From Aliicoccus persicus (GTDB taxonomy: Bacteria > Bacillota > Bacilli > Staphylococcales > Salinicoccaceae), in assembly GCA_020741755.1 (NCBI GenBank), contig DYYI01000071.1, positions 16,394 to 80,393 on the forward strand: DNA of 64,000 nt, read 5' to 3'. The notes under the pieces were generated by a model. It was not told the DNA's origin, did no database searches, and worked only from the letters and a program-made list of their open reading frames with translations. Position 1 is the first letter of the stretch. Each line of letters begins with the position of its first letter. The position numbers and the translations under genes are program-made. Shown here one piece after another: positions 48,229 through 56,910 of this stretch.

Positions 48229-49947
48229 TTATGTCAGATTTGCTTCTTTAATATGCGTGATTACGTCTTTAAGTGTGCTCTGTGTTACCGTACCAAGCGT
48301 TATGCGTGTCGGTTTAGATGTTGTTGGTAACTGTATCAAACAATCCGCGTAATATTGTGATAACCCTTCTGCACCATTCATGATCCGATGTTGTGGATCT
48401 AAAAATGTAATACGTGTTTGCATCAATCTAAGTAGTTCAAAACGTAAATCATAAGAAATATCTGATTGTTTCACGATGCAATGAATACCGTATGCCTTAC
48501 CCTTTTGTAACAACTGTTGTAGTGCACTGTACGCATATTTATTTTTTTCTTTTAAAATTGTATGTAAGTCATCGATGACAACAACGATGATACTTTTTCT
48601 TAGATGCGGGCTCAATCGTTGATTTAGACTTTGAATGTTGCGAACATGCACACGCCTAAACTGATTTTGTCGCTCAATGAGCTCGGCTAATATAGAATCA
48701 AACGCGTCATCATCAGTGATTTCTTTATGTGTATCAAATGAATATGGTAAATCCACATATTGTTGATAACGTCTTTTTTCAGTGATAAAATGCGTTTGCA
48801 CTTCAAGTGGTGTGTGGTTCATCATCAATGATAATAAAATACTATTTATGATTAACTTCGTTGAATCGACACGACCCCCATAGATTAACATATGGCCAGC
48901 TTTTGTCAGTTGGAAGGAGCACATCTTATCTTCAATTGTTTTACCAATTGCGACTTTAAAGTCATTTTTTCTCATCTTCAAACTACTCGTATTGAACAAA
49001 GTACTGAATGTAATGATGTTCTTTTTTGTCAATGGAACTTCTAGATTGATAATACCTGAGTTTAAGTTCTCTGTCGTAATTCGAACATGCATGTCCTCTA
49101 GATATGGTTTCAATAATGTCTGTAATTGATTGAGTTGACCGATTCTTAAATTTACTTTTACCTTTAACTTATAACTTCCAAACATACCATTTGAAACATA
49201 ATTCAATATATCTATCGGAATATTGATATGATTAAAGGCATTGATAATACGCTCTGTTATTTTAGGGTCCTCAAGATCATAATTCGTGTTTTGGGGCGCG
49301 CCTAATAAGTAGAGCGATGGGTATGAAAAACGTGGTCCAACGCGCTTTTTTTCAGACGTTGTTTGCTTTTTTTGGACTGGCTTTTGTACATCTGATTTTG
49401 AAGTCTTTTGTTCGTTAGAAACATTGATTGGGCTGAGTGGTGTAATTAAGCTGAGTTGCTCTGTCCCTTTCGTATGCTTACCTTTTTCGGTATCTAAAAA
49501 CACTGCAGATGTTGGACTCGATGCCAAGCGTTGATTATGGAGCAGACGCAGCCTTTCCTTTACTGCTTGTTTCTTTTTTTCTTTGCGCACACGTTCTCTT
49601 TTAATCTCTTCAACGATTGAAGAGCGATAGCCACCATCTCTTGGTGGCTGATTTGTTAATTCTGCGGGTGTTCTGTTTGGTTTTTTCGTACCATGAATTG
49701 CTGAAGGAATATCGCGGGCTTTTCGAATGGTATAACTCGAAGACTTATTTTCAACATAAGTCTGTTTTGTTGACTTACGATTTTCACGCTGCATTAAGCG
49801 ACCCGTACTCTCACTTTGTGATTGCGCATCACTTGGTGTCAAATTCGGATCTGCTTTTAATTTTTCATAATCAAATACAGTCTGTGACTTATCTGTTTTC
49901 TTACTGTACATCTCTTCAGATGTACGTGGTCTTCTCTGTCTACTCAT
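48229..49947 (-). CDS. FtsK/SpoIIIE-family (SftA-position) protein with degenerate ATPase motifs
   Basis: 572 aa. FtsK motor blocks are recognisable (FSYPSLYLLGAP, VAIGKTIEDK, IIVVVIDD, AYGIHCIV, QTRITF). The P-loop position reads GGRVDSTK. There is no TM segment and no gamma domain. See findings. Confidence 0.75.
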   Translation of the reverse strand: MSRQRRPRTSEEMYSKKTDKSQTVFDYEKLKADPNLTPSDAQSQSESTGRLMQRENRKSTKQTYVENKSSSYTIRKARDIPSAIHGTKKPNRTPAELTNQPPRDGGYRSSIVEEIKRERVRKEKKKQAVKERLRLLHNQRLASSPTSAVFLDTEKGKHTKGTEQLSLITPLSPINVSNEQKTSKSDVQKPVQKKQTTSEKKRVGPRFSYPSLYLLGAPQNTNYDLEDPKITERIINAFNHINIPIDILNYVSNGMFGSYKLKVKVNLRIGQLNQLQTLLKPYLEDMHVRITTENLNSGIINLEVPLTKKNIITFSTLFNTSSLKMRKNDFKVAIGKTIEDKMCSFQLTKAGHMLIYGGRVDSTKLIINSILLSLMMNHTPLEVQTHFITEKRRYQQYVDLPYSFDTHKEITDDDAFDSILAELIERQNQFRRVHVRNIQSLNQRLSPHLRKSIIVVVIDDLHTILKEKNKYAYSALQQLLQKGKAYGIHCIVKQSDISYDLRFELLRLMQTRITFLDPQHRIMNGAEGLSQYYADCLIQLPTTSKPTRITLGTVTQSTLKDVITHIKEANLT

Positions 49948-49961
49948 TCTTTTACCCCCCG

Positions 49962-50546
49962 TTACAAGTTAAATTCGTCTCCAACTTTTCCATCATCCAA
50001 AACGTAAATACCTTTTGCACCACTGTGAGGTAATCCTAATTCTTTTTTTGAACATATCATACCATTTGACGCGACACCGCGTAACTCTGACGGTTTAATA
50101 TATAAACCATCTGGCATAAATGCACCGACTTTTGCAACAACAACTTTTTGATTTTTATCGACGTTTGGTGCACCACAAACGATTTGTAGCACTTCTGTCC
50201 CTACATCTACTTTTGTCACTTGTAAGTGATCTGAATCTGGATGCGGCTCAATTTCATCCACATGACCAATGACAAATTTATGGGTAAGATCTGGAGAAAT
50301 TTCTTCAATACCATGTTTGTCAAGCAGGTTATTTATCGTGTTTACTGTTTGCTCATCCGCTCGTATATGTTCAAATGAATCAATTCCGAGTGACTGATGT
50401 GCATTAAAAATATTTAATCCGACAATCTCATCATTTTCTTTAATCACTGTTATATTCTCATGATTTTCGTAAACAGGATGATCCGATGGTTTTAATGTCA
50501 CAAACAAACAATCATTGTCCATATATTCGTTAAATGTTAACTTCAT
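49962..50546 (-). CDS. tRNA-binding-domain protein (YtpR-like)
   Basis: 194 aa. The C-terminal OB-fold tRNA-binding block is [15 protein letters not shown] ... QIVCGAPN ... [12 protein letters not shown]. Confidence 0.82.
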   Translation of the reverse strand: MKLTFNEYMDNDCLFVTLKPSDHPVYENHENITVIKENDEIVGLNIFNAHQSLGIDSFEHIRADEQTVNTINNLLDKHGIEEISPDLTHKFVIGHVDEIEPHPDSDHLQVTKVDVGTEVLQIVCGAPNVDKNQKVVVAKVGAFMPDGLYIKPSELRGVASNGMICSKKELGLPHSGAKGIYVLDDGKVGDEFNL

Positions 50547-51356
50547 TTACTTATCCTTCTTTTTGTTATGTTTTTGTTTTCCTAATATAAACACCGGTTG
50601 AAGGCGTTTGTCTTGATAACTAAATGTCAGGGATGTAATCGGTGTCAATCCTTCTGCGAAGTATTGCATCATCATCTGAGCCATGACATCATAACCGACA
50701 GAATTTCTCACATCTACGATAATTAATACATCTTGGTGAGGTAACCCAACAAGCATCTCACCTTCTATTCTATCATGAAAATCATTTAAGAATTCTTCAT
50801 TTAAAATTCGTGTTGCATCATAACCATCATTGTGATTGATAAAGTAAAAAACATTCTCTTGAATCACCTGCTGATTTTTAATTTCGATTGGTAACTGTTT
50901 GAGCTCTCGCTCCGCAATTACTTTCATTTCACCAACTGATAAGTTCATCGTTTTAAGCAACGCTTCATCAATCAGACGATAGCTGTTATCAAAATCGACC
51001 GCATAGTAAATGTTTGTCTCTGCCGTATGTTCATCATAGACAAACGCATCACCCTTTTTCGTTTCCTTGAAAAAACTCGTCGAACGAACGACGGGCAAAA
51101 TCTTTGCATTTTGTTCGATTGTTTCTTTACCCATGCGCGTCAGTGATTCATCTAAATAATAGACGATTTCATCGAGCAATGACTCGTCCTTGCTCGATTT
51201 TGTCAGTAATTTGTTCAAATCAACTGAAACGCCTTGTTTATTATCAAGGCGCTCAATTCGTAATGATTCAGCTTCACGGTCAAATTTGTATTCAAAATCA
51301 TCACGCGTTTCATTTAAGCGTTCAATAATTTTATCTCTCAGTTGAAAAACATTCAT
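50547..51356 (-). CDS. DUF1444 (YtpQ-like) protein
   Basis: 269 aa. It is directly adjacent to ytpR (0-nt gap). The family call rests on synteny and general pattern. Confidence 0.7.
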   Translation of the reverse strand: MNVFQLRDKIIERLNETRDDFEYKFDREAESLRIERLDNKQGVSVDLNKLLTKSSKDESLLDEIVYYLDESLTRMGKETIEQNAKILPVVRSTSFFKETKKGDAFVYDEHTAETNIYYAVDFDNSYRLIDEALLKTMNLSVGEMKVIAERELKQLPIEIKNQQVIQENVFYFINHNDGYDATRILNEEFLNDFHDRIEGEMLVGLPHQDVLIIVDVRNSVGYDVMAQMMMQYFAEGLTPITSLTFSYQDKRLQPVFILGKQKHNKKKDK

Positions 51357-51371
51357 TTTGAAACCCCCACA

Positions 51372-52364
51372 CTACTTTTCTCCAATACGTAACTTTTGAT
51401 CACCTGGCTTGATTAAAGACAAGCGTGTCATCACATAATAGAATAACAAAGTAACGACCGCTGGCAAAACAATCTGGAATATGAGGATAAGCATAAACAC
51501 TTCAAAATTTGCTCCCATCGTTTCAATGGTCATAATTTGGCCGACAAAACCACTCGTCCCCATACCTGCACCTGCTGCATTCGTTTCCATCGGGAAAAAC
51601 ACGGTCATGATCGGTGCGATAACCGCACTCGCTAACACAGGTGGTACGATGATGAATGGATTCAATATGATGTTCGGAACGAGTAACATTGACGTTCCAA
51701 CACCGATTGAAATGAGCCCAGAGAATCCATTGTCCTTATATGCTGTAACTGCTAGCCCAACCATATGACAACAACAGCCGATGAGTGCAGCACCTGCTGC
51801 AATACCGCTAATATCTAACATCAGTGCTAATGCTGCGCTGGATAGCGGTGCTGTCAAGACGATACCGAAGACCACGGCAACGAGCATCCCCATTATGAAT
51901 GGTTGTTGTTCAGTCGCATACATGATGAATTGACCGATACTTGTCATAAAATCACCGATTACAGGGCCTATCAGTTTTCCGACAAAATATCCGATAATAA
52001 TTGTTAAAAACGGCGTCAAAATAATATCTAACTTCGTTCTTGAGGCATAAAGTCGAGCAATTTCAATCGTTATGACAGATGCAACGAAACTTCCTGCAAC
52101 ACCACCGAGATCATATGCTGCGTGACTGATAACTAAGACAGAAAAAAGCACCAAAGGCGGTGCTTTTAATCCATAGGCGATGGCAGCACCAATCGCTGCC
52201 CCCGTTAATGCCATGGTAAAATTACCGATATCTACTAATCCGGATAAGCCCTCTACATATGTACCTAAAGTTCTAATAATTAATCCGATGATTAACGATG
52301 AAAATAAACCGAGCGCCATAAAACTCATGCCATCTATAAACCAACGATGCAACCATTTTTTCAT
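51372..52364 (-). CDS. PTS EIIC-like (EIIC_2-type) membrane protein, orphan
   Basis: 330 aa, polytopic and Gly/Ala-rich. The pattern matches the short 'PTS sugar transporter subunit IIC' family. No EIIA, EIIB or sugar-catabolic gene lies nearby. Confidence 0.6.
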   Translation of the reverse strand: MKKWLHRWFIDGMSFMALGLFSSLIIGLIIRTLGTYVEGLSGLVDIGNFTMALTGAAIGAAIAYGLKAPPLVLFSVLVISHAAYDLGGVAGSFVASVITIEIARLYASRTKLDIILTPFLTIIIGYFVGKLIGPVIGDFMTSIGQFIMYATEQQPFIMGMLVAVVFGIVLTAPLSSAALALMLDISGIAAGAALIGCCCHMVGLAVTAYKDNGFSGLISIGVGTSMLLVPNIILNPFIIVPPVLASAVIAPIMTVFFPMETNAAGAGMGTSGFVGQIMTIETMGANFEVFMLILIFQIVLPAVVTLLFYYVMTRLSLIKPGDQKLRIGEK

Positions 52365-52370
52365 CTATTC

Positions 52371-53444
52371 TTACCCTCTAAGTTCCTTAAGTTTGTCTTC
52401 ATTTATACCACGAATCAATTGTTCTAACATTGATTTCGCTGCGAGATAGTCATCTGTATTTAACACAGAATGACTCGTATGAATGTATCGTGCAACAACA
52501 CCAACTACCGCACTGACGACACCATTACCTGAAAGATGAATGCTACCTGCATCTGTTCCACCTGGAGATTGGAAATATTGGTGTTTAATATCATGTGTCT
52601 TTGCTGTTTCTAATAGATAATCACGCATCGGTTTAGAAAGAATCATTGTGCGGTCAATAATACGCACGAGTGTACCTTCTCCGAGTTTTCCAATGTCTTG
52701 ATCAGATCCCGTTAAGTCATTTGCCGGTGAACAATCCACTGCAAAAGCAACGTCCGGTTCAATCATATTCGCTGCTGTCTTCGCACCGCGTAAACCGACT
52801 TCTTCCTGCACAGTTGCACCGATGTATAAGTCGCAGTCGAGTTCAACATCTTTTAATGCTTCTAACGTTTCAATTGCAATTAAACAACCATATCTATTGT
52901 CCCAAGCTTTTGCTAAAATCTTTTTAGGGTTTTCTAGCACTTCAAAGTTTACAGCCGGCACCATTGAATCGCCAACTTGAATCCCCATCTCTTCGACTTC
53001 TTCTTTTGAGCTCGCACCGACATCTAACAGCATATCTTTGATTTCAGTTTTTGAAGTATCTCCTTTTCTGAAATGTACGGGCACACTACCTATAACACCA
53101 GTGATTTCTTTATTTTCACTCGTGCGTACTTTGAAGCGTTGTGCAAGTAGCACGTCAGTTGGCCAGCCACCCAGTGGTTGAAACTTTAATAATCCTTGCT
53201 TTGTAATTTGTGTAATCATAAAGCCGACTTCGTCCATGTGACCAGCAACCATTACCTTCGGTGCATTTTCTTTTTTAGAGCGTTTTACTGCAAATATTCC
53301 GCCAAGTCCGTCTTGTATCACTTCGTCACTTAATTTCTCAAGTTCTTCACGCATATATTTACGAACCTGATCCTCAAAACCTGGGGCACCATGTAATTCT
53401 GTTAATGTTTTCATTCTTGTCATTGTTTTTTCAGATAAACTCAT
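52371..53444 (-). CDS. M42-family aminopeptidase (YtoP / glutamyl aminopeptidase-like)
   Basis: 357 aa. It has the VAGHMDEVGF, ATVQEEVGLRGA and AVDCSPA blocks. Confidence 0.88.
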   Translation of the reverse strand: MSLSEKTMTRMKTLTELHGAPGFEDQVRKYMREELEKLSDEVIQDGLGGIFAVKRSKKENAPKVMVAGHMDEVGFMITQITKQGLLKFQPLGGWPTDVLLAQRFKVRTSENKEITGVIGSVPVHFRKGDTSKTEIKDMLLDVGASSKEEVEEMGIQVGDSMVPAVNFEVLENPKKILAKAWDNRYGCLIAIETLEALKDVELDCDLYIGATVQEEVGLRGAKTAANMIEPDVAFAVDCSPANDLTGSDQDIGKLGEGTLVRIIDRTMILSKPMRDYLLETAKTHDIKHQYFQSPGGTDAGSIHLSGNGVVSAVVGVVARYIHTSHSVLNTDDYLAAKSMLEQLIRGINEDKLKELRG

Positions 53445-53511
53445 TGTCTTGTTACTCCTCGTATTATATATATTTTTTGTGGTAAACTATTATTGAATAG
53501 GGGGTAAAGAT

Positions 53512-53811
53512 ATGAATAAAAAATCAGTAATTTTCGTACTCACATTAAGTATTATTGCGATTCCACTTGCATTGTGGTTAACCATCTATAGAAAAGTGAA
53601 TCCACAAGTGATTGTTGACAACCTGCATCATATGTTCGATGACGTTACATTCGTTTCATTGAATTACGACTTAAAGGTGACTGAACTTCTTGGCATTAAT
53701 TCCAAAGTGTACAGTGGTGTCGTACATACGAAACATCAAGATAAAATATCTGAGTATGCATTTTTAGCAAATGCTTATACTGGAGAAATCATAGAGATTA
53801 CGGAGACGTAA
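53512..53811 (+). CDS. small membrane-anchored protein (YtzB / PepSY-like)
   Basis: 99 aa. It has an N-terminal TM segment. AGGGGG lies upstream. Its 3' end overlaps convergent patB by 14 nt. Confidence 0.55.
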   Translation: MNKKSVIFVLTLSIIAIPLALWLTIYRKVNPQVIVDNLHHMFDDVTFVSLNYDLKVTELLGINSKVYSGVVHTKHQDKISEYAFLANAYTGEIIEITET

Positions 53812-54991
53812 TCTCTTTTAAATGTTCAAAACTCTTCTTCAACGCTTCTAATCCTTCAAGTAAATAATCCCGTCTCGTTGCGACGTTTAGTCGAATCCAT
53901 TGATCGCTCGATTCACCATAAATATGGCCCGGAGAAATCGCGACATTACCGACCTCAATCAATGCTTTTTGAACATCTTCACCCGTAAATCCGACCTGTT
54001 CGAAAGATATCCAAGCTAGGTATGTTGAATTCGGCACTTCAAACGATAGCGTTTCTGATAAATGCTCATCTATAAATGATTTGACAAGCTTCATATTGTC
54101 TTCAATATACGCATTTAAAGCATCAACCCACTCCGCACTATCATAATAAGCGCCTTGCAATGCAGCAAGCGTCAAGCTGTTCTCAGTAATGATATTAAGC
54201 TCTTTTTTAATACGCTGATCATATGATTCTTTCAATGCTTTATGTTTTGTTAAATAGTAGCCAAACGGCAAGCTTGCCAAGTTAAATGTTTTTCCCAAGC
54301 CGCTGACGACGATGAATGGATCATTTTTGTCAAACTGTTTAAACATCGAAGAAAAGTCAACATTTCTTACAAAGTCCATATGTATTTCATCACTGATTAA
54401 CTGTACATTATTGCGCTTACATATGTCGTAAATCTTCTTATTTTCATCCGCTGTCCAAACCTTCCCTGTCGGGTTGTGTGGATTGCAATGTACATAGATT
54501 TTCGTCTTTTCATCTTTACACAGTGATTCAAACTGATCAAAGTCGAGTTCAAAACCATTTTCTGTCTTCGATAAAGGACATTCTAGGCGATTGCGATTAT
54601 TATTTTCGATAAGGTTTAAAAACCCATTATACGATGGAGATGTAATTAAGATCGAGTCTCCAACATCTGAATATCTCTCCATATATTCTCTGATAACAAA
54701 TAGAACGGTTGGACTTGATCCGATATAATAACCATCTAGATCTATATTAAATCGTTCCTTCCACCAGTGTTGAATCGGTGCATAAAAATTGGCATCACTG
54801 AGCATCGTATATCCGAATATGCGTGCATCTAGACGATTCTGGATACTTTGATGCACACCATCTGGAATTTCAAAGTCCATATCCGCTACCCAAAATGGTG
54901 CTAAGCCCTCTTTATTGAAAAGCATCGATGTACCATCAAACTTAACACAATCCGTGCCTAGCCGAGATGTTACTTTGTCAAAATCTATCAT
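53798..54991 (-). CDS. patB: PLP-dependent aminotransferase, PatB/MalY-type cystathionine beta-lyase
   Basis: 397 aa. It has the HCNPHNPTG and SGLGKTFNLASL (PLP lysine) blocks. Confidence 0.82.
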   Translation of the reverse strand: MIDFDKVTSRLGTDCVKFDGTSMLFNKEGLAPFWVADMDFEIPDGVHQSIQNRLDARIFGYTMLSDANFYAPIQHWWKERFNIDLDGYYIGSSPTVLFVIREYMERYSDVGDSILITSPSYNGFLNLIENNNRNRLECPLSKTENGFELDFDQFESLCKDEKTKIYVHCNPHNPTGKVWTADENKKIYDICKRNNVQLISDEIHMDFVRNVDFSSMFKQFDKNDPFIVVSGLGKTFNLASLPFGYYLTKHKALKESYDQRIKKELNIITENSLTLAALQGAYYDSAEWVDALNAYIEDNMKLVKSFIDEHLSETLSFEVPNSTYLAWISFEQVGFTGEDVQKALIEVGNVAISPGHIYGESSDQWIRLNVATRRDYLLEGLEALKKSFEHLKEITSP

Positions 54992-55076
54992 TCAAACACC
55001 TTCCTAATTTATTAATATACTCATTTTAACATTCTTACACTTTGATTTATAGGACAATGAAAATAAAAAAAGCACC

Positions 55077-55709
55077 TCAGAAGGATGCTTTTAATTGATA
55101 TATTAAGTTTCCACGTGATGAAAACTTATCTTCATATTCAGTTCTAATGTTTTCGGGTGATTCCATTTCGTGCACATTTAAATTGATTTCATGAAATTTC
55201 ATACCGAAATTATTTAAATGCTCGAGTGAAAATTCAAACAATCCACGGTTATCCGTTTTAAATTGAAGCATGCCATCTACTTTTAGTATCTCTTTATATT
55301 GTTTTAAAAAGTTTTTGTGCGTTAACCTGCGCTTTTCATGACGATTTTTCGGCCAAGGATCCGAAAAGTTTAAATAAATGTGTGAAACCTCATCTGCATT
55401 AAAGTAATCTCGCAAATGATTCGCATCGAGCAGAACAAGTTGTAAGTTATCCAGTTCCATTTCAATTGCTTTCTCAACAACTCGAATCATTATGTTTTTA
55501 TCGAGTTCTACACCAACAAAGTTAATCTCTGGATGGCGCTTTGCAAGTGTTGTAATAAATCGACCCATACCCGTTCCGATTTCAAGGTGAATGGGTTGTT
55601 GTTTTTTGAATCGAGATGTTATGTCCAATTGATGTGATTCATCGATATCAACAAACGATTTGTGTTCACTTAAAAAGTCAAGTGCCCACGGTTTATTTCT
55701 CATTCTCAT
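55077..55709 (-). CDS. trmB: tRNA (guanine46-N7)-methyltransferase
   Basis: 210 aa. It has the EIGTGMGRF SAM motif and the NFSDPWPK block. Confidence 0.93.
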   Translation of the reverse strand: MRMRNKPWALDFLSEHKSFVDIDESHQLDITSRFKKQQPIHLEIGTGMGRFITTLAKRHPEINFVGVELDKNIMIRVVEKAIEMELDNLQLVLLDANHLRDYFNADEVSHIYLNFSDPWPKNRHEKRRLTHKNFLKQYKEILKVDGMLQFKTDNRGLFEFSLEHLNNFGMKFHEINLNVHEMESPENIRTEYEDKFSSRGNLIYQLKASF

Positions 55710-55724
55710 CTAACTAATCCCTGC

Positions 55725-56522
55725 CTAAATAAATTGATCTTGCCTTCTTACATGATCAAGGAAAATAATCCATCGATTCATATCATTAAAACGCTTGTTA
55801 TCTTCATACCATTGAATCATTGTAACCGTCTGAATCAATGTATACCACTTCATGCGCTTTCTTAATTGTATATCTAACTCTAATCCATAATGCGATAACC
55901 ATTCTTCCCAAGAATCACGATCTATATATGTATATAGCATCATGCCAAGATCAATTGCCTTATCTGCAATCATTGCACCTTCCCAGTCTACAAGGAACAA
56001 TTCATTTTGATCTGAAAGCAACCAGTTGTGATGGTTGACATCACCATGGCACACCGCAATGTCTTTCTCTGACAATGTGGGTTGATGAGTTTCCAAATAG
56101 ACGAGTGCATCGCGGACTGTTTTATTTTTAATTACTTCTGTAGATAGTGTTTGATTCACTTTATCAAGTAGTAAAGAGGGTTCCATCGGTGCCATACCGA
56201 GCTTTTTAAGCATTGTTAGCAGACGCTCAGATGAATGTATCTTATGTAATAATTCTGGCACGCGAGAAGAAGACATCTCTTCTTTTTTAAGTTCTCTACC
56301 ATTTTTCCAGTCTTGAGCTGTGACCACTTCCCCAGTCTCAATCCGTTTCGTCCACAATAGCTTTGGCACAATTCCTTCTGTAGATAATGCCAGTAAGAAT
56401 GGGCTTGAATTTCTCTTTAAAAACAATTTTTTACCATCTTGCTCCGCTTTATATGCAGAACCTGATTCTCCATTTACCGTTTCTAACACCCATCCCAATT
56501 GATAAAAATGTTCCATGATCAC
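55725..56522 (-). CDS. phosphotransferase-family (APH/choline-kinase-like) protein, YtmP-like
   Basis: 265 aa. The Brenner-type catalytic block is CHGDVNHHNWL, followed by LVDWEG. Confidence 0.82.
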   Translation of the reverse strand: MIMEHFYQLGWVLETVNGESGSAYKAEQDGKKLFLKRNSSPFLLALSTEGIVPKLLWTKRIETGEVVTAQDWKNGRELKKEEMSSSRVPELLHKIHSSERLLTMLKKLGMAPMEPSLLLDKVNQTLSTEVIKNKTVRDALVYLETHQPTLSEKDIAVCHGDVNHHNWLLSDQNELFLVDWEGAMIADKAIDLGMMLYTYIDRDSWEEWLSHYGLELDIQLRKRMKWYTLIQTVTMIQWYEDNKRFNDMNRWIIFLDHVRRQDQFI

Positions 56523-56539
56523 ACCTCGCTTTCTGACAT

Positions 56540-56666
56540 AAAAAAAGCGCTATTTAACTTCGAACATAGCGCTTTCGAATGATGTGTTATAAAGTGTATG
56601 ATTTTTCTAGGGAGAATTCAAGGTGAAAAACATACGTTAAATTTGATCATTCAAGAGAATTTAAAT
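56540..56666 (-). ncRNA. candidate structured RNA / leader between pepV and ytmP
   Basis: On the minus strand there is an ATTATA/TATAAT box at 56673..56678. An 11-bp hairpin (56596..56635, one bulge) has the 17-nt loop ACCUUGAAUUCUCCCUA. Then come the terminator stem AGCGCUAU/AUAGCGCU (56546..56573) and U7. It has no convincing ORF. It is a prediction only. Confidence 0.3.
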
Positions 56667-56910
56667 GAAAGCATTATAATATATAGCTTTCTCACATATT
56701 AATTATTTTCGAATTATTTTAATGTTTGCAAGACATCAAATTTTGTTAAAAATATGTTAACTCGATAGAATTTTACTTATTTTTTAAATAGCACCATTCT
56801 AACGATACAACATTGAAAACGCCTATTACTAAGCCAATTTGCATAGTTGTATTGGTGTTATATTGTTCTTTCATGTTATAAAATATCGTTACACCATCAT
56901 CACTCTGTTG

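Noticed and set aside
49617-50033. A 138-aa plus-strand ORF antisense to the FtsK-like and ytpR genes. Similar long antisense ORFs occur at 39281..39634, 40004..40303, 41292..41912, 10175..10516, 20117..20473 and 8050..8325.
   Set aside because: Each lies entirely inside a well-supported gene on the other strand. They have no SD sequences and show low-complexity or skewed composition typical of shadow ORFs. No family resemblance is visible.
56608-56640. Plus-strand SD-like AGGGAGAA followed by a 5-codon ORF (GTG AAA AAC ATA CGT TAA), reminiscent of an attenuation leader peptide.
   Set aside because: No plus-strand gene lies downstream, since pepV is on the minus strand. The SD-like sequence is simply the complement of the C-rich hairpin loop, and the terminator U-tract fits only the minus strand.
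56808-56823. A cre-like sequence, TTGAAAACGCCTATTA. I also made a general search for CcpA cre boxes near acsA/acuA, ackA and ald.
   Set aside because: It does not satisfy the WTGNAANCGNWNNCW consensus at the right-hand half. I found no convincing cre in the acsA-acuA spacer by eye. A matrix scan would be needed.
56773-56874. A 33-aa minus-strand ORF (MKEQYNTNTTMQIGLVIGVFNVVSLEWCYLKNK) just downstream of pepV, considered as a possible small membrane peptide or type I toxin.
   Set aside because: There is no Shine-Dalgarno sequence within 5-12 nt of either Met codon. The hydrophobic stretch of about 15 aa is too short for a typical TM toxin, and no antisense RNA signature is visible. It is kept only as part of the non-coding-region finding.
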